From the NCBI GenBank assembly GCA_963674825.1, contig OY771587.1:2784001-2848000 (forward strand): DNA of 64,000 bases, written 5' to 3'. This DNA comes from Candidatus Cloacimonadales bacterium (GTDB lineage Bacteria; Cloacimonadota; Cloacimonadia; Cloacimonadales; JAIOQZ01). The translations under genes and the position numbers were made by a program. The first letter of the stretch is position 1. The number at the start of each line of letters is the position of its first letter. Below, piece after piece: positions 19,933 to 29,900 of the stretch. The notes beneath the pieces are model-generated. The model made no database searches and had not been told where the DNA came from. It worked only from the letters and a program-made list of their open reading frames with translations.

Positions 19933-20520
19933 TTATGCATTGTTTTGAGTCGGCTTCTCGCCGTTCGAGACGATTACCTTGGCAGGGCGAATCACGCGAT
20001 TGTTCATGATATATCCGTTCTGGATAACCTGGCAAACGATGTCCGCGTCTTCGTCTGAAGGCATGTGTGCGATCGCGTCATGGAACATGGGATCGAATTC
20101 CTTGCCCATGGCTTCAATCTTTTCTACGCCTTCTTTCTTCAGCGTCGAGAGCATCTGCTGATGGATCAGCTCGACACCCTTGAGGAAGCTTTCGAACTGG
20201 TGTTCCTGCTTTCCGGCGTCCAGTGCGCGCTCGAAGTTGTCGACTACTTCGCAGATCTCCAGGACCAACTGCTGGGTCGCGTTCTTGATCCACTGCGCGC
20301 GCTCTTCCATGTTTCTGCGACGAAAGTTCTCGAATTCCGCCATCGTGCGCACATACTTATCTTTAAGCTGTTGATTCTCGCGCCGGAGTACGGTCAGTTC
20401 GTCTTCCTGAATCTCTTTCTCTTCCGATTCGTTCACGACCGGAATTTCAGTTTCTTCGATCTTATCATCTACAGGTTTGGCTTCCGCTTCCTGTGCCTTT
20501 TTCGTCTTGTCTTTTTTCAT
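19933..20520 (-). CDS. grpE: Nucleotide exchange factor GrpE
   Basis: AEFENFRRR, DNFERAL, FDPMFHDAI, GY..NNRVIRPAKVIV. Confidence 0.97.
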   Translation of the reverse strand: MKKDKTKKAQEAEAKPVDDKIEETEIPVVNESEEKEIQEDELTVLRRENQQLKDKYVRTMAEFENFRRRNMEERAQWIKNATQQLVLEICEVVDNFERALDAGKQEHQFESFLKGVELIHQQMLSTLKKEGVEKIEAMGKEFDPMFHDAIAHMPSDEDADIVCQVIQNGYIMNNRVIRPAKVIVSNGEKPTQNNA

Positions 20521-21565
20521 AACGTGGAACCATCATACCTTTTTTCGTCGTTTTCGTTATAACTTGCGCAATGTCCCGGATGATGGGGATGTTGCGCTCA
20601 TAGTCCATTCGGATCGGCGCCAGCACACCAATGTAGCCCGGAACATCGAAAATCTCGTAACGGGCGAAAACCAGCGCTACATCGTTGAAGTTAGGATGCC
20701 CCAGATCCTCGCCGATGAGTACGTGGAACGGCTTATCAGGGTGATGCTTTTCCATCAGCGAAATCAGGAAGTCCTGCTGCTGGATAAGGTTCAAGAAGCG
20801 CAGAATGTTGTGCTTCTCGTTGAACTCTGGCTGCTCCAGGAAGGTGATGTTGCTGTCGAAATGGATGAAATAGCTGCTGATCTCGATCATCACCTTGTGC
20901 AGCTCGCGCAGGAAAATCGATAGGAGCTGATTCTCCGAACCTTCTTCGTGATTCAGTTCGTCAAGATAATGGTGCATGATGTCGTAGATCCGAAGGCCCA
21001 TCAATTCATCGTTCGCGTAGCGTACCAGCACTCGGAGCTGTTGCTCGGTCAGGTCGTAGTCGGTATTCAGAATCACGGTCTTGTCCAGACCGGAATTCAA
21101 GCTGACCACAAAGAGCAGCTTTCGACTGCCGATGCGAAAGACTTCCAGCCGCTTCAGGAATCCGTAGGATATCTCCGGTTCTGCCACGAAACTGAGCTGG
21201 TCTGTTTCCTTTGCCAGGATACGCATGATGTAATGCAACGTCTGCGGCGTATCGCGGAAGTTCTTTACGATAAAGTCGCGCACTAGATGCGTTTTATCGT
21301 AGCTCTTTCTTCCGAGACCCGGTGTTATCATCTTCAGGTATTTACGGAAACCGAGTGTTGTTGGTACCCTTCCTGCCGATGTATGCGGCTGGTAGATCAG
21401 ATTTTTCTGCTCCAGCTTGTGCAGATCAATGCGAACCGTTGCCGGGCTGACATCAGGAACGTACTTACTGCATAGCAATCCGGATGCGACCGTATCGTTG
21501 GTTCTAATGAATTCCGAAACCAGTGATCGCAATACGACACCTTCGCGGATTTCATTCTTTTTCAT
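20465..21565 (-). CDS. hrcA: Heat-inducible transcription repressor HrcA
   Basis: VSPATVR, QPHTSAGRVPT..GFR, GVLAPIRMDY; heads the grpE-dnaK operon. Confidence 0.93.
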   Translation of the reverse strand: MKKNEIREGVVLRSLVSEFIRTNDTVASGLLCSKYVPDVSPATVRIDLHKLEQKNLIYQPHTSAGRVPTTLGFRKYLKMITPGLGRKSYDKTHLVRDFIVKNFRDTPQTLHYIMRILAKETDQLSFVAEPEISYGFLKRLEVFRIGSRKLLFVVSLNSGLDKTVILNTDYDLTEQQLRVLVRYANDELMGLRIYDIMHHYLDELNHEEGSENQLLSIFLRELHKVMIEISSYFIHFDSNITFLEQPEFNEKHNILRFLNLIQQQDFLISLMEKHHPDKPFHVLIGEDLGHPNFNDVALVFARYEIFDVPGYIGVLAPIRMDYERNIPIIRDIAQVITKTTKKGMMVPRYEKRQDEKGTGSGSQTCR

Positions 21566-21595
21566 AACGTTAGCTCCTGTAAGCCGATAATTTCC

Positions 21596-21622
21596 TTAGC
21601 AGTCTCACTGATCGACCGCTAA
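21596..21622 (-). promoter_or_regulatory. CIRCE operator (variant)
   Basis: Minus strand TTAGCGGTC-N9-GACTGCTAA versus canonical TTAGCACTC-N9-GAGTGCTAA, 30 bp upstream of hrcA. Confidence 0.85.
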
Positions 21623-21631
21623 TTCGACAAC

Positions 21632-21660
21632 AAGATAATATCGGGCGGTAAAATTGTCAA
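21632..21660 (-). promoter_or_regulatory. Sigma70-type promoter of hrcA operon
   Basis: TTGACA (21660-21655)-N17-TATCTT (21637-21632), just upstream of the CIRCE. Confidence 0.75.
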
Positions 21661-21847
21661 ACGAATTCTTTGACTGCTAATTTTATTTTCGGGAGGGTTC
21701 TGGAAAGGGATGAAAAGCAGCATGACCAGCTCCTGAACCTTGTACGCGGACGTCCTGTAAGCTTTGGCACAAAACCTGGAATCTTCAAAGGTCTGCAACT
21801 CTCCCCTGGGTACGCAGAGCTCCAAATATGCATCTCTAATTCCCTTT

Positions 21848-22025
21848 GGATCGCCAAGCTCTGTGATTTTCAGACGAAGTCTGATAAATCGAATCTTCCA
21901 AAGCTTGGCATTCTCCTTCATGAAGACGTCTCGTCTTCATCTCTTTTTCTCGGATCGCCAAGCCCTGTGATTTTCAGACGAAGTCTGATAAATCGAATCT
22001 TCCAAAGCTTGGCATCCCCCTTCAT
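21848..22025. repeat. Two ~74-bp direct repeats (104-bp period), expanded GGATCGCCAAGC...GCTTGGC palindromes
   Basis: 21848-21921 vs 21952-22025; same arms as the 37773 array. Confidence 0.9.
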
Positions 22026-22076
22026 TAGTCATCCACCGCACATGAAATCAACATTCTGAAGATGATTTCACAAAGA

Positions 22077-22311
22077 AAAGGGCAGACACAGTGGTCTGCC
22101 CCTACAGCCACCCATGGTACTAAGGCACACTTGCCTGCATCTCTCTCCCTCGTTACGACGCAGGAGCATATCGAAGCGCGACACAACCATTCATAAAATC
22201 GACATTCGGAAGATTATACCGCAGGAACACAGGTTAGGCAGGAAAACATGCGGACGAGGACGTCCGCGCTCCATGAAGAGAAAGGGCAGACACAGTGGTC
22301 TGCCCCTACAG
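22077..22311. repeat. Two identical 31-bp GTAG-type REPs (22077-22107, 22281-22311) enclosing other palindromes
   Basis: AAAGGGCAGAC-acagtg-GTCTGCCCCTACAG; minus strand reads GTAGGGGCAGACC; GCGGACG-agga-CGTCCGC at 22250-22267. Confidence 0.88.
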
Positions 22312-22335
22312 AAGAAACGTTTAGCAGATATAGCC

Positions 22336-25293
22336 CTACATCTTGATAATAACGGCTGTGAGAGGGTCGAGGACGAGCTTGCTGTCGGACTCGAACCGGA
22401 AGCCGGTTGGCTTCTTGATGGGAGAGATGCCTGCTTCGTCCTGATCGACGATGACGGTGCCGCTCTTCAGGTTGATGTTGCTGATGAATTCGCGTGCACG
22501 GCTGTCACAGTTAACAATCACATGGTAATCTGTGCCGTCTGTGGCCGTGCAGGTGTATGCGATGAGAAGATCGTTGGGTTTGACACTACCGCTGGGGATG
22601 CGCTTGACATTGGATCTGACGAGACCTGCGTCGCCGAGACGGAATGCGTCTGTGGAGCGTCTGAGCGCGATCAGACCGCGCGTGTACTCCATGGTCGTCT
22701 TATGCATGCCGGGCTTTTCTACTTTATCCCAGTCAAACTTGTTGATGATATCCGAGGAATCGTAGGAGTTATCGACGAACCATGGGTTATGGAATCCCGG
22801 TACGTTGGTAGCGCAAGACGATGGTGTGCTTTGTGCAAGCCACTGCTTGGTTCGGCCGTATTCTTGCCCGGCGTGCAGGAAGGCGATTCCCTGGCTGGTG
22901 AGGATGAGTGCGTTTCCGAGCCGGATGCGCAACTGGATGTTGAATTCATTCTGCAGGATAGCCGGATCTTTGCGAATGGACTGCGCGATGACATCGTGCA
23001 ATGTGAGGTTGTCATGTGCGGCGATGTATTGGACAACGTCACCGGGTTCGTCGGCAGTGCTGTTTCCGGGGCGTCCGCAGAGGTTGTTGAAAATAACGTC
23101 GATGTTACGCGCACCGCCCGTGATAAAGCGTGGCTGTCCTTCACTGCCGAAACCCGATTTGAGTTCGTTTCGAATTTCGTCTGAGAAGCATGCCGCTGCG
23201 TTTGTCTGGTTCATCCAGTCCTGGTCGGCAGGTGTTCTGGGATCGCCGTCGTCACCGGTGTAGGTTCTCCAGCCTTCGCCTACAAAGATCATAACGGGAT
23301 TAATCTCTTGTGCCTGGTCGAAAGCCATTTGCACGGTTTCGGCGTCGAGATCGCCCATGAGATCGAAACGGAAGCCATCGACCTTGTATTCCTTTACCCA
23401 GTGCAGAATCGAATCGATGACCAGCTTACGGGTCATGGCGTGGGTCGTGCCAGGACGTCCGCCGCCGTAGCTCGATTTCGGGTTGCCCTGTGCGTCCATG
23501 AAGTGGTAGTAGCCGGGTACGATGTCTTCGAGGATGGACATGCGCGCGGTGTGGTTGTAAACACAGTCGAGGATCACGCCCATGCCGCGCTGGTGAATGG
23601 CGTCGATCAGCATCTTGAGCTCTTCGATGCGTTTTTCGGGGTCGGCCGGATCGGTGCTGTACATGCCTTCGGGCGAAAAGTAGCTGAATGGGTCGTAACC
23701 CCAGTTGTAGTTGTTTCCCTGCGTGGAATATTCCATTTCACGAGTGCCGTTGATGAGCTCGTTTCCGAAGTAGTAGTTCATCACGGGGAGAAGCTGTACG
23801 TGAGTGACGCCGAGGTCTTTCACGTAGTCGAGTTTCTCGATGAACGCCGTGTAGGTTCCGAACTGCGCTTCGGTCTGGATATCGGGATCGGAAGTGAAGT
23901 CGCGCACGTGAATCTCCCAGATGATGGCATCTTCGCGTTTACTGTACCCCGGAATTTTCGCGTATGACAGTTTCGGTCCGATCGAGGTGGTGTTTACTAC
24001 CGCGCCTTTGCCTATCGGGTCGCTGCCGTCAGTGGCTGCCATCGATTTCGCGTATGGATCCAGGACGATCTTTTCTTCGCCACCGTTGACAACGCTGTAG
24101 TTGTAAAAGACTTTGCGGATATCCTTTGTGACCTCAGTCGTCCATACACCCTTCTCCATCCGCTTCATAGCGACAGTTTCGTATGGTGTGGTGTCGCTAC
24201 CGTGGTGGTAGAGGTTCAGGGTGACACTCGAGGCGAGTGGAGCCCACAGCTTGAAAGTAGTCTTCTGCGGTGAGTAGAAACAGCCGAGTTCGCCATCGTA
24301 GGTGTAGAGTCCGTCGATGCTCTGCCAGCTAACGGATGTTCCTGCCTTCATATCGCCACTTTGGATGGTATAAGATGTAGCTATATCCAGCTTTTCGGCG
24401 GTATCAATCCTGTAAACGGTATCCGTAATCTTTTCAATCTTCTTTACTTTCAGCGCTTTACCGTCAGAGGTAACGCTAACGGGCTGGTCGTTCGACATCC
24501 TGAATTCAACCTCAATCTGATTGTCACCGGTGAGGATGGCGCGTGTGATTTTATTTCCCATGTTTTTCTTCGCTTCTGCAAGTGTTGTATAGGTAGTTGG
24601 GTCTTCGGTGATGCTCCAGGTTTCCTTGTTTCGTGAAGGACTAGGGTAGAAACGATCACCGTCCGGGTCTTTCTGATCGCCTTTATGGATGATATATTTG
24701 ATGCTGCCGGCACCCTTGTAGGGGATTTCCCAGTAAACTCCGGTTTCTGACGTTCCCGCAGGCTTGAGTGGGTTCGTCCATTGCGTTTCGCCGCCCTCGA
24801 AGCCGGTTCCCCATACGTGCAGACCCCATCCGGCGTAATTACCGTCAAAACGGAAATAATGCAGCTTGAGGGTCTCCGGTTCGAGGTCGCTTCCTACAAC
24901 AGCACCGACGAAATTCTCTTCGGCTTCTTTACGTGTGGTATAGGTCATGGGATCATCTGTGACAGCCCACGCCTGTCGATTCCCGGCGGGATCGGGAAAG
25001 ACACGATCGCCATCCGGATCTTTCTGGTCACCCTTGTGGATGATGAAGTTGATGGTCCCGATTCCATCCCATGGGATCTTCCAGAATACACCGTAGTCGG
25101 TTGTGCCGGCCTGAAGCATGGGTTTTGACCAGTCAACCGGCTGACCGAAATAACCATCGCCCCAAACGTGAAGCCCCCAGCCATCGTAGTTTCCGTCGTA
25201 GCGATGGTAGTTGAGGATCAGTGTCTCTTCAGCCGCAAGCATGGAACTGCATGCGATTGCAAGGCATAAAATCGCAATTGCGTGTTTATTCAT
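22336..25293 (-). CDS. pulA: Secreted pullulanase (GH13; two CBM41-like modules and CBM48)
   Basis: Signal peptide; duplicated YHRYDGNYDGWGLHVWG module; FKLWAP, NYNWGYDP, VYNHT, DGFRFDLMG, GEGW, AHDN. Confidence 0.92.
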   Translation of the reverse strand: MNKHAIAILCLAIACSSMLAAEETLILNYHRYDGNYDGWGLHVWGDGYFGQPVDWSKPMLQAGTTDYGVFWKIPWDGIGTINFIIHKGDQKDPDGDRVFPDPAGNRQAWAVTDDPMTYTTRKEAEENFVGAVVGSDLEPETLKLHYFRFDGNYAGWGLHVWGTGFEGGETQWTNPLKPAGTSETGVYWEIPYKGAGSIKYIIHKGDQKDPDGDRFYPSPSRNKETWSITEDPTTYTTLAEAKKNMGNKITRAILTGDNQIEVEFRMSNDQPVSVTSDGKALKVKKIEKITDTVYRIDTAEKLDIATSYTIQSGDMKAGTSVSWQSIDGLYTYDGELGCFYSPQKTTFKLWAPLASSVTLNLYHHGSDTTPYETVAMKRMEKGVWTTEVTKDIRKVFYNYSVVNGGEEKIVLDPYAKSMAATDGSDPIGKGAVVNTTSIGPKLSYAKIPGYSKREDAIIWEIHVRDFTSDPDIQTEAQFGTYTAFIEKLDYVKDLGVTHVQLLPVMNYYFGNELINGTREMEYSTQGNNYNWGYDPFSYFSPEGMYSTDPADPEKRIEELKMLIDAIHQRGMGVILDCVYNHTARMSILEDIVPGYYHFMDAQGNPKSSYGGGRPGTTHAMTRKLVIDSILHWVKEYKVDGFRFDLMGDLDAETVQMAFDQAQEINPVMIFVGEGWRTYTGDDGDPRTPADQDWMNQTNAAACFSDEIRNELKSGFGSEGQPRFITGGARNIDVIFNNLCGRPGNSTADEPGDVVQYIAAHDNLTLHDVIAQSIRKDPAILQNEFNIQLRIRLGNALILTSQGIAFLHAGQEYGRTKQWLAQSTPSSCATNVPGFHNPWFVDNSYDSSDIINKFDWDKVEKPGMHKTTMEYTRGLIALRRSTDAFRLGDAGLVRSNVKRIPSGSVKPNDLLIAYTCTATDGTDYHVIVNCDSRAREFISNINLKSGTVIVDQDEAGISPIKKPTGFRFESDSKLVLDPLTAVIIKM

Positions 25294-25415
25294 AATTACC
25301 TCTTGTGTTTTATTCTTTCTCTCTCGCACACGATGGCATGGACAGGAAAAAGGATCAAGGAAAAAAGCTTGTTCTTTTCATATTTACATTTATTCTGACA
25401 CAATAAGGAGAATCG

Positions 25416-26060
25416 ATGAAAATCACGATCTGCTACGACAACACTTCGCAATACGATCATCTTGTGTGCGACTGGGGTTTCTCCTGTATCGTGGAGACAG
25501 CTGGAAGAACTATCCTCTTCGACACCGGTGGCAACGGAAAGATTCTGCTTGAGAATCTCCGGCGTATGAACATCGACCCAGCTTCGTTTGACGATATTTT
25601 TATCTCACACCCCGACTTCGATCATATCGGTGGCCTTTCGCATATCCTCAACGAAAACGACAGGGCGATTATACATAATCCGCAATCATTCCGTGGCGTT
25701 CGATATAAAAACGAAGTGAAATACTACGGTGCGCCTGCGGTGATCTACGACAATATCTTCACGACCGGAGAACAGGGGAACCGTGAGCAATCGATGGTGA
25801 TCGTTGAAAACGATACTGCGGTAGTGATCATCGGTTGTGGACATCCCGGCTTGCGCAGGATCCTGTATATTACGCGCGGGATAACGGGAATCGATCAGGT
25901 GATTATCGTGGGTGGACTGCACGATTTTGATGAACTTGAGGTTCTTGAGCCTATCAAGAAGGTTTGCCCTACGCATTGTACTCGCAGAGCTTCTGAAATC
26001 AAGAAGCTCTATCCAGAGAAATTTCTCGAAGGTGGTGTCGGAACCGTGCTCGTTTTCTGA
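25416..26060 (+). CDS. MBL-fold metallo-hydrolase
   Basis: WGFSCIVE, ILFDTG, ISHPDFDHIGG, GCGHPG, GGLH, PTHCT. Confidence 0.88.
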   Translation: MKITICYDNTSQYDHLVCDWGFSCIVETAGRTILFDTGGNGKILLENLRRMNIDPASFDDIFISHPDFDHIGGLSHILNENDRAIIHNPQSFRGVRYKNEVKYYGAPAVIYDNIFTTGEQGNREQSMVIVENDTAVVIIGCGHPGLRRILYITRGITGIDQVIIVGGLHDFDELEVLEPIKKVCPTHCTRRASEIKKLYPEKFLEGGVGTVLVF

Positions 26061-29000
26061 TTATTCGCTCAGGATTTCTCGGATTTTAGTAGCGATATCC
26101 TTTATTGTGAACGGTTTTGAGATGAAATTGATCCCGGAATCGAGAACACCATGATGGGATATAACATTCGAAGTATAGCCGGACATGAAGAGGCAACTGA
26201 TATCCGGCTTGCGTTCCCGCAAACTGTCCCAAAGATCTCTTCCACTCATGACAGGCATGATGACATCTGTTACCAGCAAATCAAGCTTATCAATGGTTTC
26301 GAATGCATTCAGCGCTTTCTCTGGATCGTTAAAAGCAATGACCTTGTAGCCGAGTTTTTCAAGCTGTAGCTTGGTCAGAGCGAGGAGCTGCTCAGAATCT
26401 TCCACCAGCAGGATCGTCTCGACTCCCTTCGGTGGTTTGATCCTCTTCGGCGTTTCTACGAAAGTGCCGGGTTCGGTGTAAGCTGGTAAATAGATCCGGA
26501 AGGTTGTGCCTTTCCCGACTTCGCTATAGACGTTGATATTGCCTTGATTCTGCTTCACAATACCATACACGGTTGCCAACCCTAATCCAGTTCCTTTGCC
26601 AACATCTTTGGTGGTGAAGAACGGCTCGTAGATCTTGTCGAGATTCTTTTTTCTAATTCCTTTCCCAGTGTCGCTGACCGAGATCACGATGTAGTTACCC
26701 TGTTTCAGCTCAAACTGGGCCAGCTTCTCCTCGTCATCCAGATAGAGCATGGACGTTTCAATTCCGATTGTTCCGTTTCCGGGAATTGCGTCACGGGCAT
26801 TGACGCAGAGATTCATCAATAGCTGGTTAATCTGCGAAGGATCCATCTTCACTGGAAGCATCTTCTCGCCGGGTTGCCAGAGGAGTTCGATGTCTTCGCC
26901 GATCAGGCGTTTAAGCATTCTGTAGGTTTCGTCGATCAGCGTATTGATTCGGATTACTTTTGGTTCGATAGTCTGTTTCCGCGAGAAAGCCAGCAACTGG
27001 TACGTCAGCTCTGCTGAACGTTTGGCGGCGGACTTGATTTCTTCCAGGAAATCTCTCATTTCGCTTTCGAGCTCGTACTCGTCCAGCAGGATATCGGAGT
27101 AGCCGAGAATTGTCTGCAGCATGTTGTTGAAATCGTGCGCCACACCACCGGCAAGCCGTCCGATCGCTTCCAGTTTCCTTGCTTCCTGTAATTGCTTCTC
27201 GAGGGCATTCTTTTGCCGTACATTTTGCATCATGTTAAGCGCGTAGGCTACATCGTCTGCAAGTTCAACGATCAGCAATTCTTCTTCTTTATCTGCGATA
27301 ATATCGCTCTCCATAATCACATGCAGGATGCCGAACAGGTTTTCGTTGTGCTCAAGCTTGATAACAAACGACTGCGATCCCTCAAACTCCGGGATCAATG
27401 GGCAGGATGGGCAACTCTCAGCTTCGCCGGTCATGCAGTAGAATCGTCCTTTGTTCAAGGCGGTACGGTAGCATACAGGTATGGTTCTCTGTTCGAAAAC
27501 GGAGGTCATGATCTCCAAAGGCCTCTCCTGGCCAGCTGTAAACCACTTGTCGGGCTTCTGTTGCTCGTCGATGAGGACAATCATAGCATTGCGATAGCTC
27601 TGATTCTGAACAAGAATACCACAAGCGCTTTTAATCAGCATATCCGCATTTGTCTCATGAACGATCAATTGATTTACATCGCGAATGGAGCGGAGGACAC
27701 GATTCAGGTGATCGATGCGAAACTCGGCCTTTTTTCGGACGGTTACATTTGTTGTGAGGATCACCAATCCTTCTTCTGAAGGCTGAACGCTGAACAGAAA
27801 CCACTCACTGGTATTGTCCGGATATCTGAAATCGTATTCGAAGTGATCAGGTTTACCTTTCTCGACGCATGCCCGGAACCTTTTGTATAGTTCTGTTTCA
27901 TCAAATCCCGGATACATTTCGAGGACTGATTTACCCAAGAATTCATCTATAGGATATCTGCCGTATTCGGCAGCTTTCTGATTGATATAGACATATCGCC
28001 AGTCTTTATCGAGGATCTGGAAGCCTTCGATCAACGAATCGATCGTGCGTTTGTATTTATCTTTCTCCCGAAGCAATGCGCCCTGCATTTCAACCTGCTC
28101 TGCCAGAGCCGTGTTTCGCTGCCTGCGCCAGACAAGCTCGATTATGAATGCTGCAGCAAGTAACAGGATAACTTGTGATGAAATAAGGAGCCAGAGCCGT
28201 TGCTTGAGAGGTCGATAGGCTTCATTCGTTTCGATCTGCGCCAGAATGTACCAGTTATCCTCAGGTACCTTTGCCAGCATTGCATTGACATGTTTCCCAT
28301 CGTTACTCAGGCCTTCCATGAGGCCCAACTTACCATCAATAATATCGCAGGTAATGAAGGCTGGATCATCATAACCGACATCCATGCAGGAGAAGAAGGA
28401 TGAGTCTGAATCAACGGCGGTATCGACGATAATCTTGAATTGCTCTCTGCGTAGACGTAACAGGCTCAGTCTGCTTGTCTTGTATGGACTCGGCCAGTTC
28501 AGAAGGTTGGGAAGCAAGGTCGCGCTTGGGTTGATTGTCATGCAGAGAGTACCAAGCGGTTTTCTGGATTCATTGGAGTATATAGGGCTGAGCACGGCTA
28601 ATTCAAGCATATCGTTTTCGTTTTTGTAGAAATCTACAAATACGACTTGATCTTCCTGGATCGCTCTCTGCGCATTTTCGATGATCGCAAAAGGCACGTT
28701 ATGCTGGTGTTCGGGGGCATCCTGAATGAGCTTTCCTTTTGTATCGAGCATGAATACATGATCGTAGATGTGAGCATTGCGCTCGATCCACATACGTTCT
28801 CTAAGATCATTCTTTTTCCGGGGATTGTTCATGTCTTGTAGGGCGGATTCAACAAGTTTGGCAAAGTTGTCGTTGTGGTAATACACAGCAGCATCACCTG
28901 TGCGTTCGTTCATCCAGTTGACGAGTTCATTAACTTTGAGGTTGGTGATTGAGATAAGCTGTTCCGTGATGTTATGCCTGAGGAGATTCCGGTAAGTACG

Positions 29001-29750
29001 CAATGCGAAATACCCGGTAGCGCTAAAAAGAACAGTTATAGTAAGAAAGACTGTCAGCAGCGTGAAAATATGTTTTTTTCTGAGCAGTGCTTTGAAACCA
29101 CCGAAAACGCTGATCTGATGCATGCTGTATAGTAACAGGCTGGTACCCAGAAGAATCAATTCAATGGCAGTTGCCTGTGAAGGTGGTATCATTCCGCTAT
29201 CAGTCATGATAGACGCTCCCAGAATGAAAGCGATGACAAGGATTATCCCCGTCAGGACCAGTGTGAAAGAGGAAATCAATGCCAGGTAGAGCGAGCGTCG
29301 ATTGTTGAAGAGGTTTCCGAGGAGTGAGAGGCTGAGAAGCATGAAGAACAGGGAAGTCATTGGTGAGCTGAATAAAAATGAAATATTCGTCATTCTGATG
29401 GATATCTCCAGATCCGACGTAATCCCGGTGAGTGACAGCACCAGAAGGATCGTAGCGGTAATGAATACGATTATGGTTACGCCTATGAGGAAGATATAGA
29501 ATCGTCTCGATTTCTTTCGCAATACCATCGCAATTGATATTAAGCTTGTGATGATAAACAGGATCGAAGCACTCAAGGCCATCGGCAACTTGCTTGATGG
29601 AACCGTGGCGAGTGAAGGCTTTCCGGAAATCCAGCCAATCGTGGCGGTAGCTGCAGCCAGCAGGCTCAGTAGAGACAATATGAAATGGGCGAGTTTCAGA
29701 ATAACCGACCGGTGAGATCTTCTTTTGGGTAATGCATTTTTCGGCAACAT
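26061..29750 (-). CDS. Membrane hybrid sensor histidine kinase/response regulator (TM, Cache-like, PAS, GAF, HisKA, HATPase, REC)
   Basis: GRLAGGVAHDFNN, NLCVNARDA, DTGKG, FFTTK..GKGTGLGL, ILLVED, TDVIMP, KPF. Confidence 0.93.
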   Translation of the reverse strand: MLPKNALPKRRSHRSVILKLAHFILSLLSLLAAATATIGWISGKPSLATVPSSKLPMALSASILFIITSLISIAMVLRKKSRRFYIFLIGVTIIVFITATILLVLSLTGITSDLEISIRMTNISFLFSSPMTSLFFMLLSLSLLGNLFNNRRSLYLALISSFTLVLTGIILVIAFILGASIMTDSGMIPPSQATAIELILLGTSLLLYSMHQISVFGGFKALLRKKHIFTLLTVFLTITVLFSATGYFALRTYRNLLRHNITEQLISITNLKVNELVNWMNERTGDAAVYYHNDNFAKLVESALQDMNNPRKKNDLRERMWIERNAHIYDHVFMLDTKGKLIQDAPEHQHNVPFAIIENAQRAIQEDQVVFVDFYKNENDMLELAVLSPIYSNESRKPLGTLCMTINPSATLLPNLLNWPSPYKTSRLSLLRLRREQFKIIVDTAVDSDSSFFSCMDVGYDDPAFITCDIIDGKLGLMEGLSNDGKHVNAMLAKVPEDNWYILAQIETNEAYRPLKQRLWLLISSQVILLLAAAFIIELVWRRQRNTALAEQVEMQGALLREKDKYKRTIDSLIEGFQILDKDWRYVYINQKAAEYGRYPIDEFLGKSVLEMYPGFDETELYKRFRACVEKGKPDHFEYDFRYPDNTSEWFLFSVQPSEEGLVILTTNVTVRKKAEFRIDHLNRVLRSIRDVNQLIVHETNADMLIKSACGILVQNQSYRNAMIVLIDEQQKPDKWFTAGQERPLEIMTSVFEQRTIPVCYRTALNKGRFYCMTGEAESCPSCPLIPEFEGSQSFVIKLEHNENLFGILHVIMESDIIADKEEELLIVELADDVAYALNMMQNVRQKNALEKQLQEARKLEAIGRLAGGVAHDFNNMLQTILGYSDILLDEYELESEMRDFLEEIKSAAKRSAELTYQLLAFSRKQTIEPKVIRINTLIDETYRMLKRLIGEDIELLWQPGEKMLPVKMDPSQINQLLMNLCVNARDAIPGNGTIGIETSMLYLDDEEKLAQFELKQGNYIVISVSDTGKGIRKKNLDKIYEPFFTTKDVGKGTGLGLATVYGIVKQNQGNINVYSEVGKGTTFRIYLPAYTEPGTFVETPKRIKPPKGVETILLVEDSEQLLALTKLQLEKLGYKVIAFNDPEKALNAFETIDKLDLLVTDVIMPVMSGRDLWDSLRERKPDISCLFMSGYTSNVISHHGVLDSGINFISKPFTIKDIATKIREILSE

Positions 29751-29900
29751 GGCACCCCGCAGATAAATCGAAAAGTTAAATTGGTCAACGGTCATTCATG
29801 TATCGTTGATATCTCTTATTTCATTTCAAAGTGTAGGGGTTCAGTTGCTTTTGTCAATCTTAATTTTTGAAAGGTGTATCGGATTTACTATCAAAAATAA

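Noticed and set aside
20465..20520. 56-bp hrcA/grpE overlap
   Set aside because: Looks like a simple non-conserved C-terminal run-on; no slippery site or structure seen.
21619..22059. ORFs in the hrcA-pulA gap
   Set aside because: They overlap the promoter and repeats, and the peptides mirror the repeat sequence.
22336..29900. Genomic island integrated at the tRNA 3' end
   Set aside because: No integrase and no duplicated tRNA 3' end found by eye.
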